Positions 54,550 through 64,000 of a DNA stretch of 64,000 nucleotides are shown here, piece after piece. The notes under the pieces are model-generated. The model was not told the DNA's origin. It ran no database searches and saw nothing but the letters and a program-made list of their open reading frames with translations. The translations under genes were made by a program, and so were the position numbers. The DNA lies in assembly GCA_900554535.1 (NCBI GenBank), contig USIA01000001.1, forward strand, positions 1,145-65,144, read 5' to 3'. The number at the start of each line of letters is the position of its first letter. The stretch's first letter is position 1. This DNA comes from an uncultured Oscillospiraceae bacterium (GTDB lineage: Bacteria > Bacillota > Clostridia > Oscillospirales > Acutalibacteraceae).

Positions 54550-54706
54550 GAAAGCAAAGTCACATTCTGCTTCACCTCATATTCCGTGAATGCAGGTTCT
54601 TTGCAATTACGTTTAAATCCATATCCGCTGCCGCTTCCTGCGGCCCGGCCCCATGCCTTCGATAAATATTTTCGATTCCGAAAAGCATCGCCTGCTCAGT
54701 TTGTAC
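54526..54706 (-). ncRNA. NiCo (czcD) riboswitch
   Basis: ACTGAGCAGGCGATG...CATGGGGCCGGGCCGC...GCGGCAGCGGATATG...CATATCTGCGGGACAGT matches the NiCo four-way junction; upstream of a CDF gene. Confidence 0.88.
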
Positions 54707-55005
54707 TGTTGATCTCGCATCCTGTTCGAATGTAATGCAGTGCAAAGAGAATTTTTACAGTCTTACGGGTCTCCCGCTTAACTTCTCAGAAAGGATACAC
54801 CATATGCCCTCTGTTAGTCAAGCCAAAGTTTTTTATTTTACAGGTAGATATCTTCAACTTTCTGTTTATTCCATGTCTGGAAACATGCTTCGCACTGCAC
54901 AGTTCTATATCAAATAATAGATTCTCAGTTGTTTGTCAAAAAACCGGGAGCGGATAAATCCACTCCCGGTCAAATCTACGATCTGTATTCAGTTGGAATG
55001 ATCGA

Positions 55006-56610
55006 TTATGCCTGCGGGCCAGCAGCAACGAGTGCTTTACCAGCAGCATTTCCTTCATATTTAACAAAGTTCTTAACGAATCTTGCAGCAAGATCTTTAG
55101 CCTTTGTCTCCCACTCTGCAGCGTCTGCATATGTGTCACGTGGGTCAAGGATTGCAGGATCTACGCCTGGAAGCTCTGTCGGAACCTCGAAGTTGAAGAA
55201 TGGGATCTTCTTTGTCGGAGCTTTAAGAATAGATCCGTCAAGGATAGCATCGATGATACCACGAGTATCTTTGATGGAGATACGTTTTCCAGTTCCGTTC
55301 CATCCTGTGTTAACGAGGTATGCTTTCGCACCGCTCTTCTCCATTTTCTTAACGAGCTCCTCAGCATATTTTGTCGGGTGAAGCTCAAGGAATGCCTGTC
55401 CGAAGCAAGCGGAGAATGTAGGAGTAGGCTCTGTGATTCCACGCTCTGTACCAGCAAGTTTAGCTGTGAATCCGGAAAGGAAGTAGTACTGTGTCTGCTC
55501 CGGTGTCAGGATAGATACTGGAGGAAGTACGCCGAATGCATCTGCGGACAGGAAGATAACTTCTTTAGCTGCCGGTGCAGAAGATACCGGGCGAACGATG
55601 TTCTCGATGTGGTTGATCGGGTAGGAAACACGTGTGTTCTCTGTTACGCTCTTGTCAGCGAAGTCGATCTTTCCATCTTTATCAAGTGTTACATTCTCAA
55701 GAAGAGCGTTTCTCTTGATCGCATTGTAGATGTCCGGCTCAGACTCTTTGTCAAGGTTGATAACCTTAGCGTAGCATCCACCCTCGAAGTTGAATACTCC
55801 GTTGTCATCCCAGCCGTGCTCGTCATCACCGATCAGAAGACGCTTAGGATCTGTGGAAAGTGTTGTTTTACCTGTTCCGGAAAGACCGAAGAAGATTGCT
55901 GTGTTCTCTCCGTTAAGGTCTGTATTTGCAGAGCAGTGCATGGAAGCAATGCCCTTAAGCGGCAGATAGTAGTTCATCATGGAGAACATACCTTTCTTCA
56001 TCTCTCCGCCGTACCATGTATTTACGATAACCTGCTCACGGCTTGTAATGTTGAACATTACAGCTGTCTCAGAGTTAAGACCCAGCTCTTTGTAGTTCTC
56101 AACTTTAGCCTTGGATGCGTTGTAAACAACGAAATCTGGCTCAAAGTTCTCAAGTTCCTCAGCTGTTGGCTGAATGAACATGTTTGTTACGAAGTGTGCC
56201 TGCCAAGCAACCTCAACGATGAAACGGATAGCCATACGTGTATCTTTGTTAGCTCCGCAGAATGCATCTACTACGAAAAGTCTCTTGTTGGAAAGCTCTT
56301 TCTTAGCAAGATCTTTAACTGCAGCCCATGCTTCCTGAGTTGCCGGATGGTTATCGTTTTTGTACTCATCGGATGTCCACCAAACTGTGTCTTTGGAGTT
56401 CTCATCCATAACGATATATTTGTCTTTAGGGGAACGTCCTGTGTAGATACCTGTCATTACATTGACAGCACCAAGCTCGCTGACCCGACCAATCTCAAAG
56501 CCCTCAAGCTCAGATTTGGTCTCTTCCTCGAATAATACATCGTAAGAAGGATTGTACACGATCTCAGTTGTTCCGGTAATACCATACTTTGTTAAATCGA
56601 TTTTTGCCAT
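55006..56610 (-). CDS. pckA: Phosphoenolpyruvate carboxykinase (ATP)
   Basis: [35 protein letters not shown]. Confidence 0.97.
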   Translation of the reverse strand: MAKIDLTKYGITGTTEIVYNPSYDVLFEEETKSELEGFEIGRVSELGAVNVMTGIYTGRSPKDKYIVMDENSKDTVWWTSDEYKNDNHPATQEAWAAVKDLAKKELSNKRLFVVDAFCGANKDTRMAIRFIVEVAWQAHFVTNMFIQPTAEELENFEPDFVVYNASKAKVENYKELGLNSETAVMFNITSREQVIVNTWYGGEMKKGMFSMMNYYLPLKGIASMHCSANTDLNGENTAIFFGLSGTGKTTLSTDPKRLLIGDDEHGWDDNGVFNFEGGCYAKVINLDKESEPDIYNAIKRNALLENVTLDKDGKIDFADKSVTENTRVSYPINHIENIVRPVSSAPAAKEVIFLSADAFGVLPPVSILTPEQTQYYFLSGFTAKLAGTERGITEPTPTFSACFGQAFLELHPTKYAEELVKKMEKSGAKAYLVNTGWNGTGKRISIKDTRGIIDAILDGSILKAPTKKIPFFNFEVPTELPGVDPAILDPRDTYADAAEWETKAKDLAARFVKNFVKYEGNAAGKALVAAGPQA

Positions 56611-56931
56611 CTTAACATTTACCTCTCTTCTTTAATAGTAATTATGATAGCCACCTACTTTTGCAGGTTTTTGTCATCCTGCCATAGGAATTGGTCATTC
56701 CAACATCCCTATCCACAATTATACATAAATTGTACGTAAAAGCAACCAAAAAAATTCATTTTACGCAAAAAAATGATAAATCTTTAACAGTGACGTTTTG
56801 GTGCTGTCAGATTTTATTTCATCTACACTTGACTTTTTCAGAATAATAGCTACAATATATCTGATTATAGTTATTATATATATTTATAATAGCAACTATA
56901 TGATTTTAATATATAGAAAGAAGTGATTTCT

Positions 56932-58260
56932 ATGTCAGATATTCTGATCAAACGTAATCATATGGAAATCCCCTGGCACAACTACGTAAGCGCCAGGAAC
57001 AGCCAGCCCATCACCGAGGCTTCTCTTTCCGAAAAAGCTTCCCTGATCGGCCGTACAGGCATGATGCTTCTCTCCTGTGGGACCGGTGCCTGGCGGGTAC
57101 GGAGTTCCATGAATACATTGTCAGAAGCACTTGGCATCACCTGCTCCGCAGATATCGGACTAATGTCTATAAGCTACACCTGCTTTGACGGTGAGAGCAG
57201 TTTTTCCCATGCACTTAGTCTGACTACCACCGGCGTAAATACTTCCAGACTGAACAGGCTGGAACATTTTGTCAGTGATTTTCCTGCGGAGGGTATCCAT
57301 ATGAGCGGTGAAGCACTGCACAGTCAGTTAGATGAGATCGAGCGGATCCACGGGCTTTATTCCCCTGCATCCCTGGGACTGGCTTCTGCACTGGCCTGTG
57401 GTGCATTTACTTTTCTTCTGGGCGGTGGCCCGCTGGAAATGATCCTGGCTTTTGCAGGCGCAGGCATCGGAAACGCCATCCGCTGCAAGCTTGGCAAGCA
57501 TCATTTTACTCTGTTTATGTGCATTGCAGTTTCTGTTTCCTCCGCCTGTCTTGTATATGCAGGCTTCCTGAAGCTGGCAGAGCTTCTGTTCCACATTTCC
57601 GTCCAGCATGAGGCCGGATACATCTGTTCCATGCTGTTTATCATTCCGGGCTTTCCGTTTATCACAAGCGGGATCGACCTTGCCAAGCTGGATATGCGTT
57701 CCGGTCTGGAACGACTGGCCTACGCCATTATTGTTGTAATGGTGGCTGCTGTCTCTGCCTGGCTGATGGCACTGCTTCTTCATCTGAAGCCTGTGGATTT
57801 CCTGCCTCTGGAGCTTTCGGCAGCTCAGAGGATCCTGTTCCGGCTTCTGGCAAGCTTCTGCGGGGTATTCGGCTTTTCGGTCATGTTCAACAGCCCTGTC
57901 CGTCTAGCCGCAGCTGCCGCCTTCATCGGCGCACTGTCCAACACTTTACGTCTGGAGCTTGTTGATCTTGCCGGTTTTCCACCTGCTGCCGCGGCTTTTT
58001 TCGGAGCACTGACAGCCGGACTTCTGGCCTCCCTCATCAAAACAAAAGTGGGATATCCCAGGATTTCCATTACCGTGCCATCCATTGTGATCATGGTTCC
58101 CGGACTTTATCTCTACCGGGCGATCTACAATCTGGGGATCATGTCCCTAAATGTTTCCGCCTCCTGGTTTGCAGCTGCGATCCTGATCATCGTTGCTCTT
58201 CCCCTGGGCCTTATTTTCGCCAGGATCCTTACGGACAAAATGTTCCGCTACTGCACCTGA
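56932..58260 (+). CDS. Threonine/serine exporter (ThrE family)
   Basis: LSCGTGAWRV, IIPGFP, IMVPG, about 10 TM. Confidence 0.87.
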   Translation: MSDILIKRNHMEIPWHNYVSARNSQPITEASLSEKASLIGRTGMMLLSCGTGAWRVRSSMNTLSEALGITCSADIGLMSISYTCFDGESSFSHALSLTTTGVNTSRLNRLEHFVSDFPAEGIHMSGEALHSQLDEIERIHGLYSPASLGLASALACGAFTFLLGGGPLEMILAFAGAGIGNAIRCKLGKHHFTLFMCIAVSVSSACLVYAGFLKLAELLFHISVQHEAGYICSMLFIIPGFPFITSGIDLAKLDMRSGLERLAYAIIVVMVAAVSAWLMALLLHLKPVDFLPLELSAAQRILFRLLASFCGVFGFSVMFNSPVRLAAAAAFIGALSNTLRLELVDLAGFPPAAAAFFGALTAGLLASLIKTKVGYPRISITVPSIVIMVPGLYLYRAIYNLGIMSLNVSASWFAAAILIIVALPLGLIFARILTDKMFRYCT

Positions 58261-58266
58261 TGGGCA

Positions 58267-58351
58267 TACAAAAAGGACTGCTTTCTGTAGCTTCCGGTCA
58301 TCAACTATCCTTCTGATAACCGGAGCAATACAAAAGCAGTCCTTTTTTGTA
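58267..58351. repeat. Long imperfect inverted repeat / bidirectional terminator
   Basis: AAAAAGGACTGCTTT..TGTA.GCT.CCGGT..ATCA / TGAT.ACCGG.AGC..TACA..AAAGCAGTCCTTTTT. Confidence 0.75.
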
Positions 58352-58355
58352 CACT

Positions 58356-59111
58356 CTATTTCATTACGATCTCATCAGCGATCCCGATCATTTTTTCCAG
58401 TCGGTCCGCAAATTTATGGATGGGGAGAAAAACGCCCAGTCCGTCATAACGTTTTCCACCATCCTCCACAGAATCCTGCCCATAATACACAAAGGCTCTT
58501 GGAAGCTTCTTCTGGATTGCCATCATAATATCCCATACAGCTGCATAGGCCTGTGCCTCCGTTTCCTTTTCCTTTACGCTGTCCGGAAGCTCATACACCA
58601 GCAGCACTCCGATATGTTCGCCCATTTTGTACTCTTCTACTTCCATGGTAGCTTCATCATAGGCATGTCGCTTCCGGTAGCCATACGCCAGATACATCTT
58701 TACGCCCGGTTTCTCCCTGTATATCCTACGGAACCGATCATAATCCCTGTCACTTACATGGATTCCCTTTTCCCGCAGAAAATTTCCATTTTCATCCGTG
58801 AGAAGCACCGGATTCTCCTGTCCGTCTGCATTGAACCTGAACGGTGCCAGAAAAGAATTTCGCAGAAGATCAAACATACTGTTCTGGCAGATTGCCATAA
58901 GGAGAGCTGTCAGATCACGGTTTTTATATGCGTCCAGCAATGCATAGGCGAATTTTTCCGGAGGAAGATATCCGCATTCTATGTCTGTATCCGCATCCAT
59001 GGATTCATAGAAGGTCTCCGTCAGCCGTCTGCACGCCTCCGGATCCTTCAGGATCTTTTCAAATAAAAGCTCCGCCTTTTCCTCTCTTGGGAATAATGTG
59101 CTGTTTTCCAC
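58356..59111 (-). CDS. Hypothetical protein
   Basis: 251-aa ORF, RBS GAGG, GTG start; family not recognised. Confidence 0.7.
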   Translation of the reverse strand: MENSTLFPREEKAELLFEKILKDPEACRRLTETFYESMDADTDIECGYLPPEKFAYALLDAYKNRDLTALLMAICQNSMFDLLRNSFLAPFRFNADGQENPVLLTDENGNFLREKGIHVSDRDYDRFRRIYREKPGVKMYLAYGYRKRHAYDEATMEVEEYKMGEHIGVLLVYELPDSVKEKETEAQAYAAVWDIMMAIQKKLPRAFVYYGQDSVEDGGKRYDGLGVFLPIHKFADRLEKMIGIADEIVMK

Positions 59112-59126
59112 AATTCCTCACCCTTT

Positions 59127-59816
59127 CTAATCTCTATGTTTACTGGAAAACATCAGAATAAAGCTGATCAGAAGCAAAACATCCGATACCCAGATTGCCG
59201 GGATCCCCAGCCTCATGGACAGATTTCCTCCGCCACCGGCTCCAATGGCAAAAAAGAAAATTATTCCGAAATAATAAAGAGCCTGCTTCAGCTGTTCCGG
59301 ACGTTTTTCACGACAATACACGGACAACGCCGCCGTGCCGCTTCGTAAATTTCCGATGCACATAGTGCTTGCATAGGAATAACCGCCCACCTTCCGGAAG
59401 GTCTGTACCTGCATGGCGCAGGAAAAGGATACCAGTACGGTTGCCAGCATATCCAATTCTCCCGGCATAAATCCCACCGCAAAAAGGATCAGGATCTCGA
59501 TCAGCAGGATCATCTGCCTCCAGTGAAGTTTTTTTGCATATTTAAAGGTATTCTGGATTCGCTCCGCCGCTACAACACCAATGGCAAAGGCTAAAACAGG
59601 GAACAGGTACCTTAAACCGTCTCCCCACTGTCCTGTCATAAAATTTTGGCTCATCAGAACCACGTTGCCGGTCTGGGCGTTGGAAAACACCTCATCTCTT
59701 GTAAAATATGTGTAGGCATCCTGAAATCCGCCGGACATTGCCAGAAATATACTTGTAATAAAAGCTTCTGACATCTGCCTGTCTGCGCTCTGCAGCTTTC
59801 TGCCTCCTGAAACCAC
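59127..59816 (-). CDS. YoaK/DUF1275 family membrane protein
   Basis: GGFQDAYTY, NAQTGNVV, MQVQTFR, STMCIGNL. Confidence 0.9.
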   Translation of the reverse strand: MVSGGRKLQSADRQMSEAFITSIFLAMSGGFQDAYTYFTRDEVFSNAQTGNVVLMSQNFMTGQWGDGLRYLFPVLAFAIGVVAAERIQNTFKYAKKLHWRQMILLIEILILFAVGFMPGELDMLATVLVSFSCAMQVQTFRKVGGYSYASTMCIGNLRSGTAALSVYCREKRPEQLKQALYYFGIIFFFAIGAGGGGNLSMRLGIPAIWVSDVLLLISFILMFSSKHRD

Positions 59817-59940
59817 TCCAAATCACTCCCGTCATTGATTTTTTTCCTCGGGTGTATTATAGTTTGCTCAGAAGCAAATGTAAAAAGTATTATTAATATC
59901 GTAAACATATTAAAATCATATCACAGGATGGAGACTATAC

Positions 59941-60819
59941 ATGATCACTTACGACTACTACCGCATCTTTTATTATGTAGCCCAGTATAAAAGTTTTACC
60001 AAGGCAGCACGGGCTCTTCATAACAACCAGCCAAATATCACCCGCTGTATGAACAACCTGGAGCAGGAACTGAAATGTACTCTTTTTCTCCGCTCCAACA
60101 AAGGAATCGCTCTTACACCGGAAGGCCGCCAGCTCTACGAACACGTTGCCCTGGCTTTTGAACAGCTGAGTATTGGGGAAGAGGAGATACGACAGAACGG
60201 GGAGCTGGAGCATGGCCTGGTTTCCATCGGTGCCAGTGAAAATGCCCTGCGTCTGATCCTTCTGGAAAAGCTGGAGCTGTTCCGTGAACAATATCCTCAT
60301 GTGCGCCTGCGCCTTTTCAACCATTCTACTCCCCAGGCTGTACAGGCACTGAAAAATTATGCGGTGGATTTCGCTATTGTCACCACTCCGATCTCCATCC
60401 GCAAGCCTTTACAGAAAAAAAGTCTCCTGCGTTACCGGGAGATCCTTGTATGCGGAAGCAAATATAAGGATCTGACCACTGCCCCTATCAGCATCCATGA
60501 GCTTCAGGATCTGCCCTTTGTAGGTCTTGCGGAAGGAACCAGCACCAGAGAAATGTATATGAATTACTTTATGGAAAACCGTGTTTCTTTTCATCCTGAC
60601 ATCGAGGCAGCAACTACAGACCAGGTCCTTCCCATGATCGTCCACAATCTGGGAATCGGCTTTTACCCCGAGCCCCTTGCCCGGGAAGTGATCAATGACG
60701 GGAAGATTTTTGCCCTTCAGCTTAAGGAGCCGCTCCCTCAGAGGGAAGTCTGCCTAGTCACAAACAGCAGTACTACCATGAGTACTGCTGTCAAAAAAGC
60801 CATTGAATTTATTGTGTAA
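59941..60819 (+). CDS. LysR family transcriptional regulator
   Basis: SFTKAA.AL...QPNIT...LE.EL...LF.R...LTPEG; divergent from the yoaK-like gene. Confidence 0.93.
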   Translation: MITYDYYRIFYYVAQYKSFTKAARALHNNQPNITRCMNNLEQELKCTLFLRSNKGIALTPEGRQLYEHVALAFEQLSIGEEEIRQNGELEHGLVSIGASENALRLILLEKLELFREQYPHVRLRLFNHSTPQAVQALKNYAVDFAIVTTPISIRKPLQKKSLLRYREILVCGSKYKDLTTAPISIHELQDLPFVGLAEGTSTREMYMNYFMENRVSFHPDIEAATTDQVLPMIVHNLGIGFYPEPLAREVINDGKIFALQLKEPLPQREVCLVTNSSTTMSTAVKKAIEFIV

Positions 60820-60847
60820 ATCTCTGGGACTGATCAGCCATTTATGG

Positions 60848-61675
60848 TTATTGTTCCACTGTCCTCTCAATATGCATGGCAAGATAACCAATTTCAATAG
60901 GATCCAGCTCTTTACCCAGGCTTTTGCCCAGGCTCTCACAGACATCCTCCGCGATCCTGTAGGATTCCGGATATTTTTCTTCTATATATTCATTCATATC
61001 CAGCTTCAGTGTCTCCCCTGTGGAGACACGGGCTACCATATATTTGATATGGTTCATCATACGGTTGTAGGACAGGGAGATCACATCGATCTTTCTTCCT
61101 GTGGCCATCTCGCTCATGGCGATGCATTCCCGTACCGTTCTTGCTGTCTGCATGGCAACAGACACCTTTTCATCTCCAAGTGCTGAGTGAATATGAAGTG
61201 CCACATATCCCACCTCATGCTCGTCGATTTCAATATCCATCCGCTCCTTCAGGATCTTCTTCAATACCTCCGCCACCTTGAATTCGCTGTAAAAAAGCAC
61301 CTTGATATCCTCAGTCAGAGGATTGCTGATCTGCTCATGATTCCGGATACGTCCCACTGCAAAGGAAATATGATCAGCAAGGGGAAACAGGATCCTTCTG
61401 TCTATGGTATTCCCAAAGGTCTTCTCAGCTTCTCTCAATATCTCATCTGCGATCTCCAGAAATTCCGGTGCTACGCTCTTTGCCAGTTCTTTTGCTGAGC
61501 CACGTTCTGTCTCCTGAGCCAGCCTGTAAATAGTACAGTCTGCCGGAGCATCAAAACGCTGGCTGACCTTCTTTCCAAATCCCACACCTTTTCCCAGAAG
61601 TACATATTCCTGGTTTTCTTCCATATTTATGGCAATGATGCCATTATTGTTCAATACCTTGCTCACTCTGTACAT
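60848..61675 (-). CDS. BglG/GlcT-family PRD antiterminator
   Basis: KVLNNN..GKGVGF CAT domain; two PRDs (LADHI, VALHI, NHIKY, LAMHI); start moved to ATG 61675. Confidence 0.92.
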   Translation of the reverse strand: MYRVSKVLNNNGIIAINMEENQEYVLLGKGVGFGKKVSQRFDAPADCTIYRLAQETERGSAKELAKSVAPEFLEIADEILREAEKTFGNTIDRRILFPLADHISFAVGRIRNHEQISNPLTEDIKVLFYSEFKVAEVLKKILKERMDIEIDEHEVGYVALHIHSALGDEKVSVAMQTARTVRECIAMSEMATGRKIDVISLSYNRMMNHIKYMVARVSTGETLKLDMNEYIEEKYPESYRIAEDVCESLGKSLGKELDPIEIGYLAMHIERTVEQ

Positions 61676-61844
61676 CTTTTTCCCCACCATTTTTATATAT
61701 CCTGCTGCTTTTCCACATTCCACCACTGTCTGCCCCGGATTTTCAGTCGACATTTTTGTCTGCAGCTGTTGATTTTCTTTATCGTAACAGAATCTTTCTT
61801 TTGTGTAAAGCCCTTCTGACAGACAGTTATTTTCTTTGCCACAG

Positions 61845-61877
61845 GAAAAGCGCGCCCGGGCATTAGGCGCGCTTTTC
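61845..61877 (-). terminator. Hairpin between the PTS gene and the antiterminator gene
   Basis: GAAAAGCGCGCC...GGCGCGCTTTTC. Confidence 0.7.
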
Positions 61878-61914
61878 ACAAAACCAATCTTCTATATTAT
61901 TGCTGAAAAATTTC

Positions 61915-64000
61915 CTATTCTTCCACAGTCTCTACTGCGAACAACGGCTCTCCTGCCTTGATCTCTCCATTGGCAAGAAGGCGTACTCTCTGATCATCCT
62001 CGATCTCTGTGCAAAGGATCGGAGAACATAAGGACGGAGCGTTTTCTGTAAGATACGGGATGTCAATCTTCATCAACGGCTCGCCTTTTTTTACATGCTG
62101 TCCCTGCTCTACCAGGATCTCGAAGCCTTTTCCTTCCAGCTTTACAGTATCAATGCCGATATGGAGGAGCATAGGAAGATCTGTATCTGTCTGGAATCCG
62201 ATGGCATGCTTTGTGTCAAAAATAAACTCTACCTCGCCGTCTTCCGGAGCACAGATCACCGGGTCCTTCGGTGTGACTACAGCACCCTCTCCCATCATTC
62301 CTTCCGCAAAGCCTTCATCCGGCGCTGTGGAAAGGTCTGCGGCGATACCGGTTACCGGGCTGTAGACAATCGCTGTTCTGAGAACCTTTTTCTCTGGCTG
62401 CGTGCTGGCTTCGGATGTCGGAGCTGTGTTCTGAGTAGCCTCACCTGTACTTTCTGCTGTACGCTCTGTATCAGACTGAGCCTGATTTTCCGCATTGTCT
62501 GTTTCTTTCTCATTTGCACCTTCAAAATATTCATTCGGCGCTGTCTCCAGATAATCCTCCAGCTTGGATTTAATCACAGTTACCTGCGGACCGTAGATGA
62601 TCTGCACGCCCTGGCCTTTTTTCACGATTCCTCTGGAGCCTGTTGTTTTCAGAATGTCGTCGTTAACTCTTGCTGCATCATGGACGGTGATACGGAGTCT
62701 TGTTGCACAGCAGTCCACATCACTGATGTTTTTCTTTCCGCCAAGACCGGCTGTGATGGCTTCACTTACCGGGTCTGCGGATGTACTTCCTGCTGCTTCA
62801 CCGGCTTTTCCGGCTTCTTTTCTCGCGTTTACATCTGCTTTTGTATAAAGCTTTGTTTCTGTGTCGTCATCCTCACGTCCCGGAGTCTTGAAGTTGAACT
62901 TTTTGATCAGGAAGGTGAAGATCACATAATAGAGAATAAAGTAAATGATACCTACCGGGATAATCCTGAGCCAGCTTGTCTTTGCATTTCCCTGAAGGAT
63001 CCCGAACAGGAACAGATCAAGGAAACCGCCGGAAAAGGTAAGTCCTACTGCAATGTTCAGCATATGTGCGATCATATAAGCCGCGCCTGCAAGAACAACC
63101 TGTACCGCAAACAATGCAGGAGCTACAAACAGGAAAGAGAACTCCAGTGGCTCTGTGATTCCTGTAAGCATACATGCAAGGGCTGCGGAAAGAAGAAGTC
63201 CGCCTGCTGCTTTTTTCTTCTCAGGCTTTGCACAGCGGTACATGGCAAGAGCTGCTCCCGGAAGACCGAAGATCATGAAAATGAACTCTCCGGAAAAATA
63301 TCTTGTTGCATCTGCGCTGAAATGCGCTACATTTGCGGAATCTGCAAGCTGGGCGAAAAAGATGTTCTGTCCGCCCTGTACCATCTGGCCTGCAACCTCC
63401 ATAGTCCCGCCAACGGCTGTCTGCCAGAATGGCATATAAAATACGTGATGAAGTCCGAAGGGGATCAGCGCACGTTTGATAATACCGAAGATCAGAGTTC
63501 CGATATAGCCGCTGCCTGTTACAAGACCGCCCAGAGCATAAATACCGTTCTGGACTGCCGGCCATACGAAATACATCAGGATTCCCACAAACATATATAC
63601 AATGGTGGAAATGATAGGCACAAATCTGGAACCACCGAAGAAGGAAAGTGCGTTTGGAAGCACGATCTTATGAAAACGGTTGTGCAAAGCTGCAACACCA
63701 AGGCCGACGATGATACCGCCAAACACACCCATCTGTAAGGACTGGATGCCGCAGACAGAGGTTACAGTACCTTCCAGAACGCTTTTTGCGATCTGTCCGT
63801 CTGCTGTGATCTTACCATTTACTACCAGCATACCATTGATGGCTACATTCATAACAAAGTAAGCGATCAGTGCAGAAAGAGCTGCTACCTCTTTCTCTTT
63901 TTTTGCCATACCGATGGCCACACCTACTGCAAAGATCAGCGGCAGGTTATCAAATACCGCGCTTCCGACTTTGTTCATAATGATCAGGAGTGCATGTAAA
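61915..64000 (-). CDS. PTS glucose-family IICBA transporter (5' end outside window)
   Basis: PFGLHH, GITEP (IIC); DCCATRLR (IIB); TKHA, LHIGIDT (IIA). Confidence 0.93.
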   Translation of the reverse strand, partial: LHALLIIMNKVGSAVFDNLPLIFAVGVAIGMAKKEKEVAALSALIAYFVMNVAINGMLVVNGKITADGQIAKSVLEGTVTSVCGIQSLQMGVFGGIIVGLGVAALHNRFHKIVLPNALSFFGGSRFVPIISTIVYMFVGILMYFVWPAVQNGIYALGGLVTGSGYIGTLIFGIIKRALIPFGLHHVFYMPFWQTAVGGTMEVAGQMVQGGQNIFFAQLADSANVAHFSADATRYFSGEFIFMIFGLPGAALAMYRCAKPEKKKAAGGLLLSAALACMLTGITEPLEFSFLFVAPALFAVQVVLAGAAYMIAHMLNIAVGLTFSGGFLDLFLFGILQGNAKTSWLRIIPVGIIYFILYYVIFTFLIKKFNFKTPGREDDDTETKLYTKADVNARKEAGKAGEAAGSTSADPVSEAITAGLGGKKNISDVDCCATRLRITVHDAARVNDDILKTTGSRGIVKKGQGVQIIYGPQVTVIKSKLEDYLETAPNEYFEGANEKETDNAENQAQSDTERTAESTGEATQNTAPTSEASTQPEKKVLRTAIVYSPVTGIAADLSTAPDEGFAEGMMGEGAVVTPKDPVICAPEDGEVEFIFDTKHAIGFQTDTDLPMLLHIGIDTVKLEGKGFEILVEQGQHVKKGEPLMKIDIPYLTENAPSLCSPILCTEIEDDQRVRLLANGEIKAGEPLFAVETVEE

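Noticed and set aside
62095..63738. 547-aa plus-strand ORF (also 55378-56535 and 49505-50674)
   Set aside because: Antisense to well-supported housekeeping genes.

Overview
Chromosomal window from a gut Lachnospiraceae-like (Blautia-like, by gene content) Firmicute. The left part (1-10060) holds host genes: argJ/argC divergent from argG with ARG boxes, an EamA transporter, an MntR/DtxR regulator, a heterodimeric ABC exporter and a transglutaminase-like gene. A ~32.8 kb integrative conjugative element (ICE) occupies 10061-42815. It encodes a VirB4/VirD4/MOBP-type conjugation module and a large serine recombinase, and is inserted in the 3' acceptor end of tRNA-Leu(TAG) with a TGCG core repeat. 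It carries an ECF + IrtAB/YbtPQ-like + AraC + DtxR metal/siderophore-uptake cargo. The right part holds a 7-tRNA operon, a truncated sigma70-like gene, an unusual coupled operon (ICMT-like methyltransferase, GH3 amido-ligase, 7TM-GAF-GGDEF*-HD-GYP), housekeeping genes, a NiCo riboswitch-controlled CDF exporter, pckA, thrE-like, LysR, and a PRD antiterminator with a PTS IICBA gene. Most notable: (1) a C5 DNA methyltransferase split over two nested reading frames, the inner one with its own strong RBS; (2) the GH3/c-di-GMP operon as a candidate small-molecule signalling system; (3) a candidate cis-acting antiterminator RNA plus a terminator series in the ICE; (4) a 45-bp in-frame hairpin insertion in topoisomerase III; (5) a perfect palindrome inside the Bro-N gene. 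All calls are by-eye motif recognition; no searches were run.
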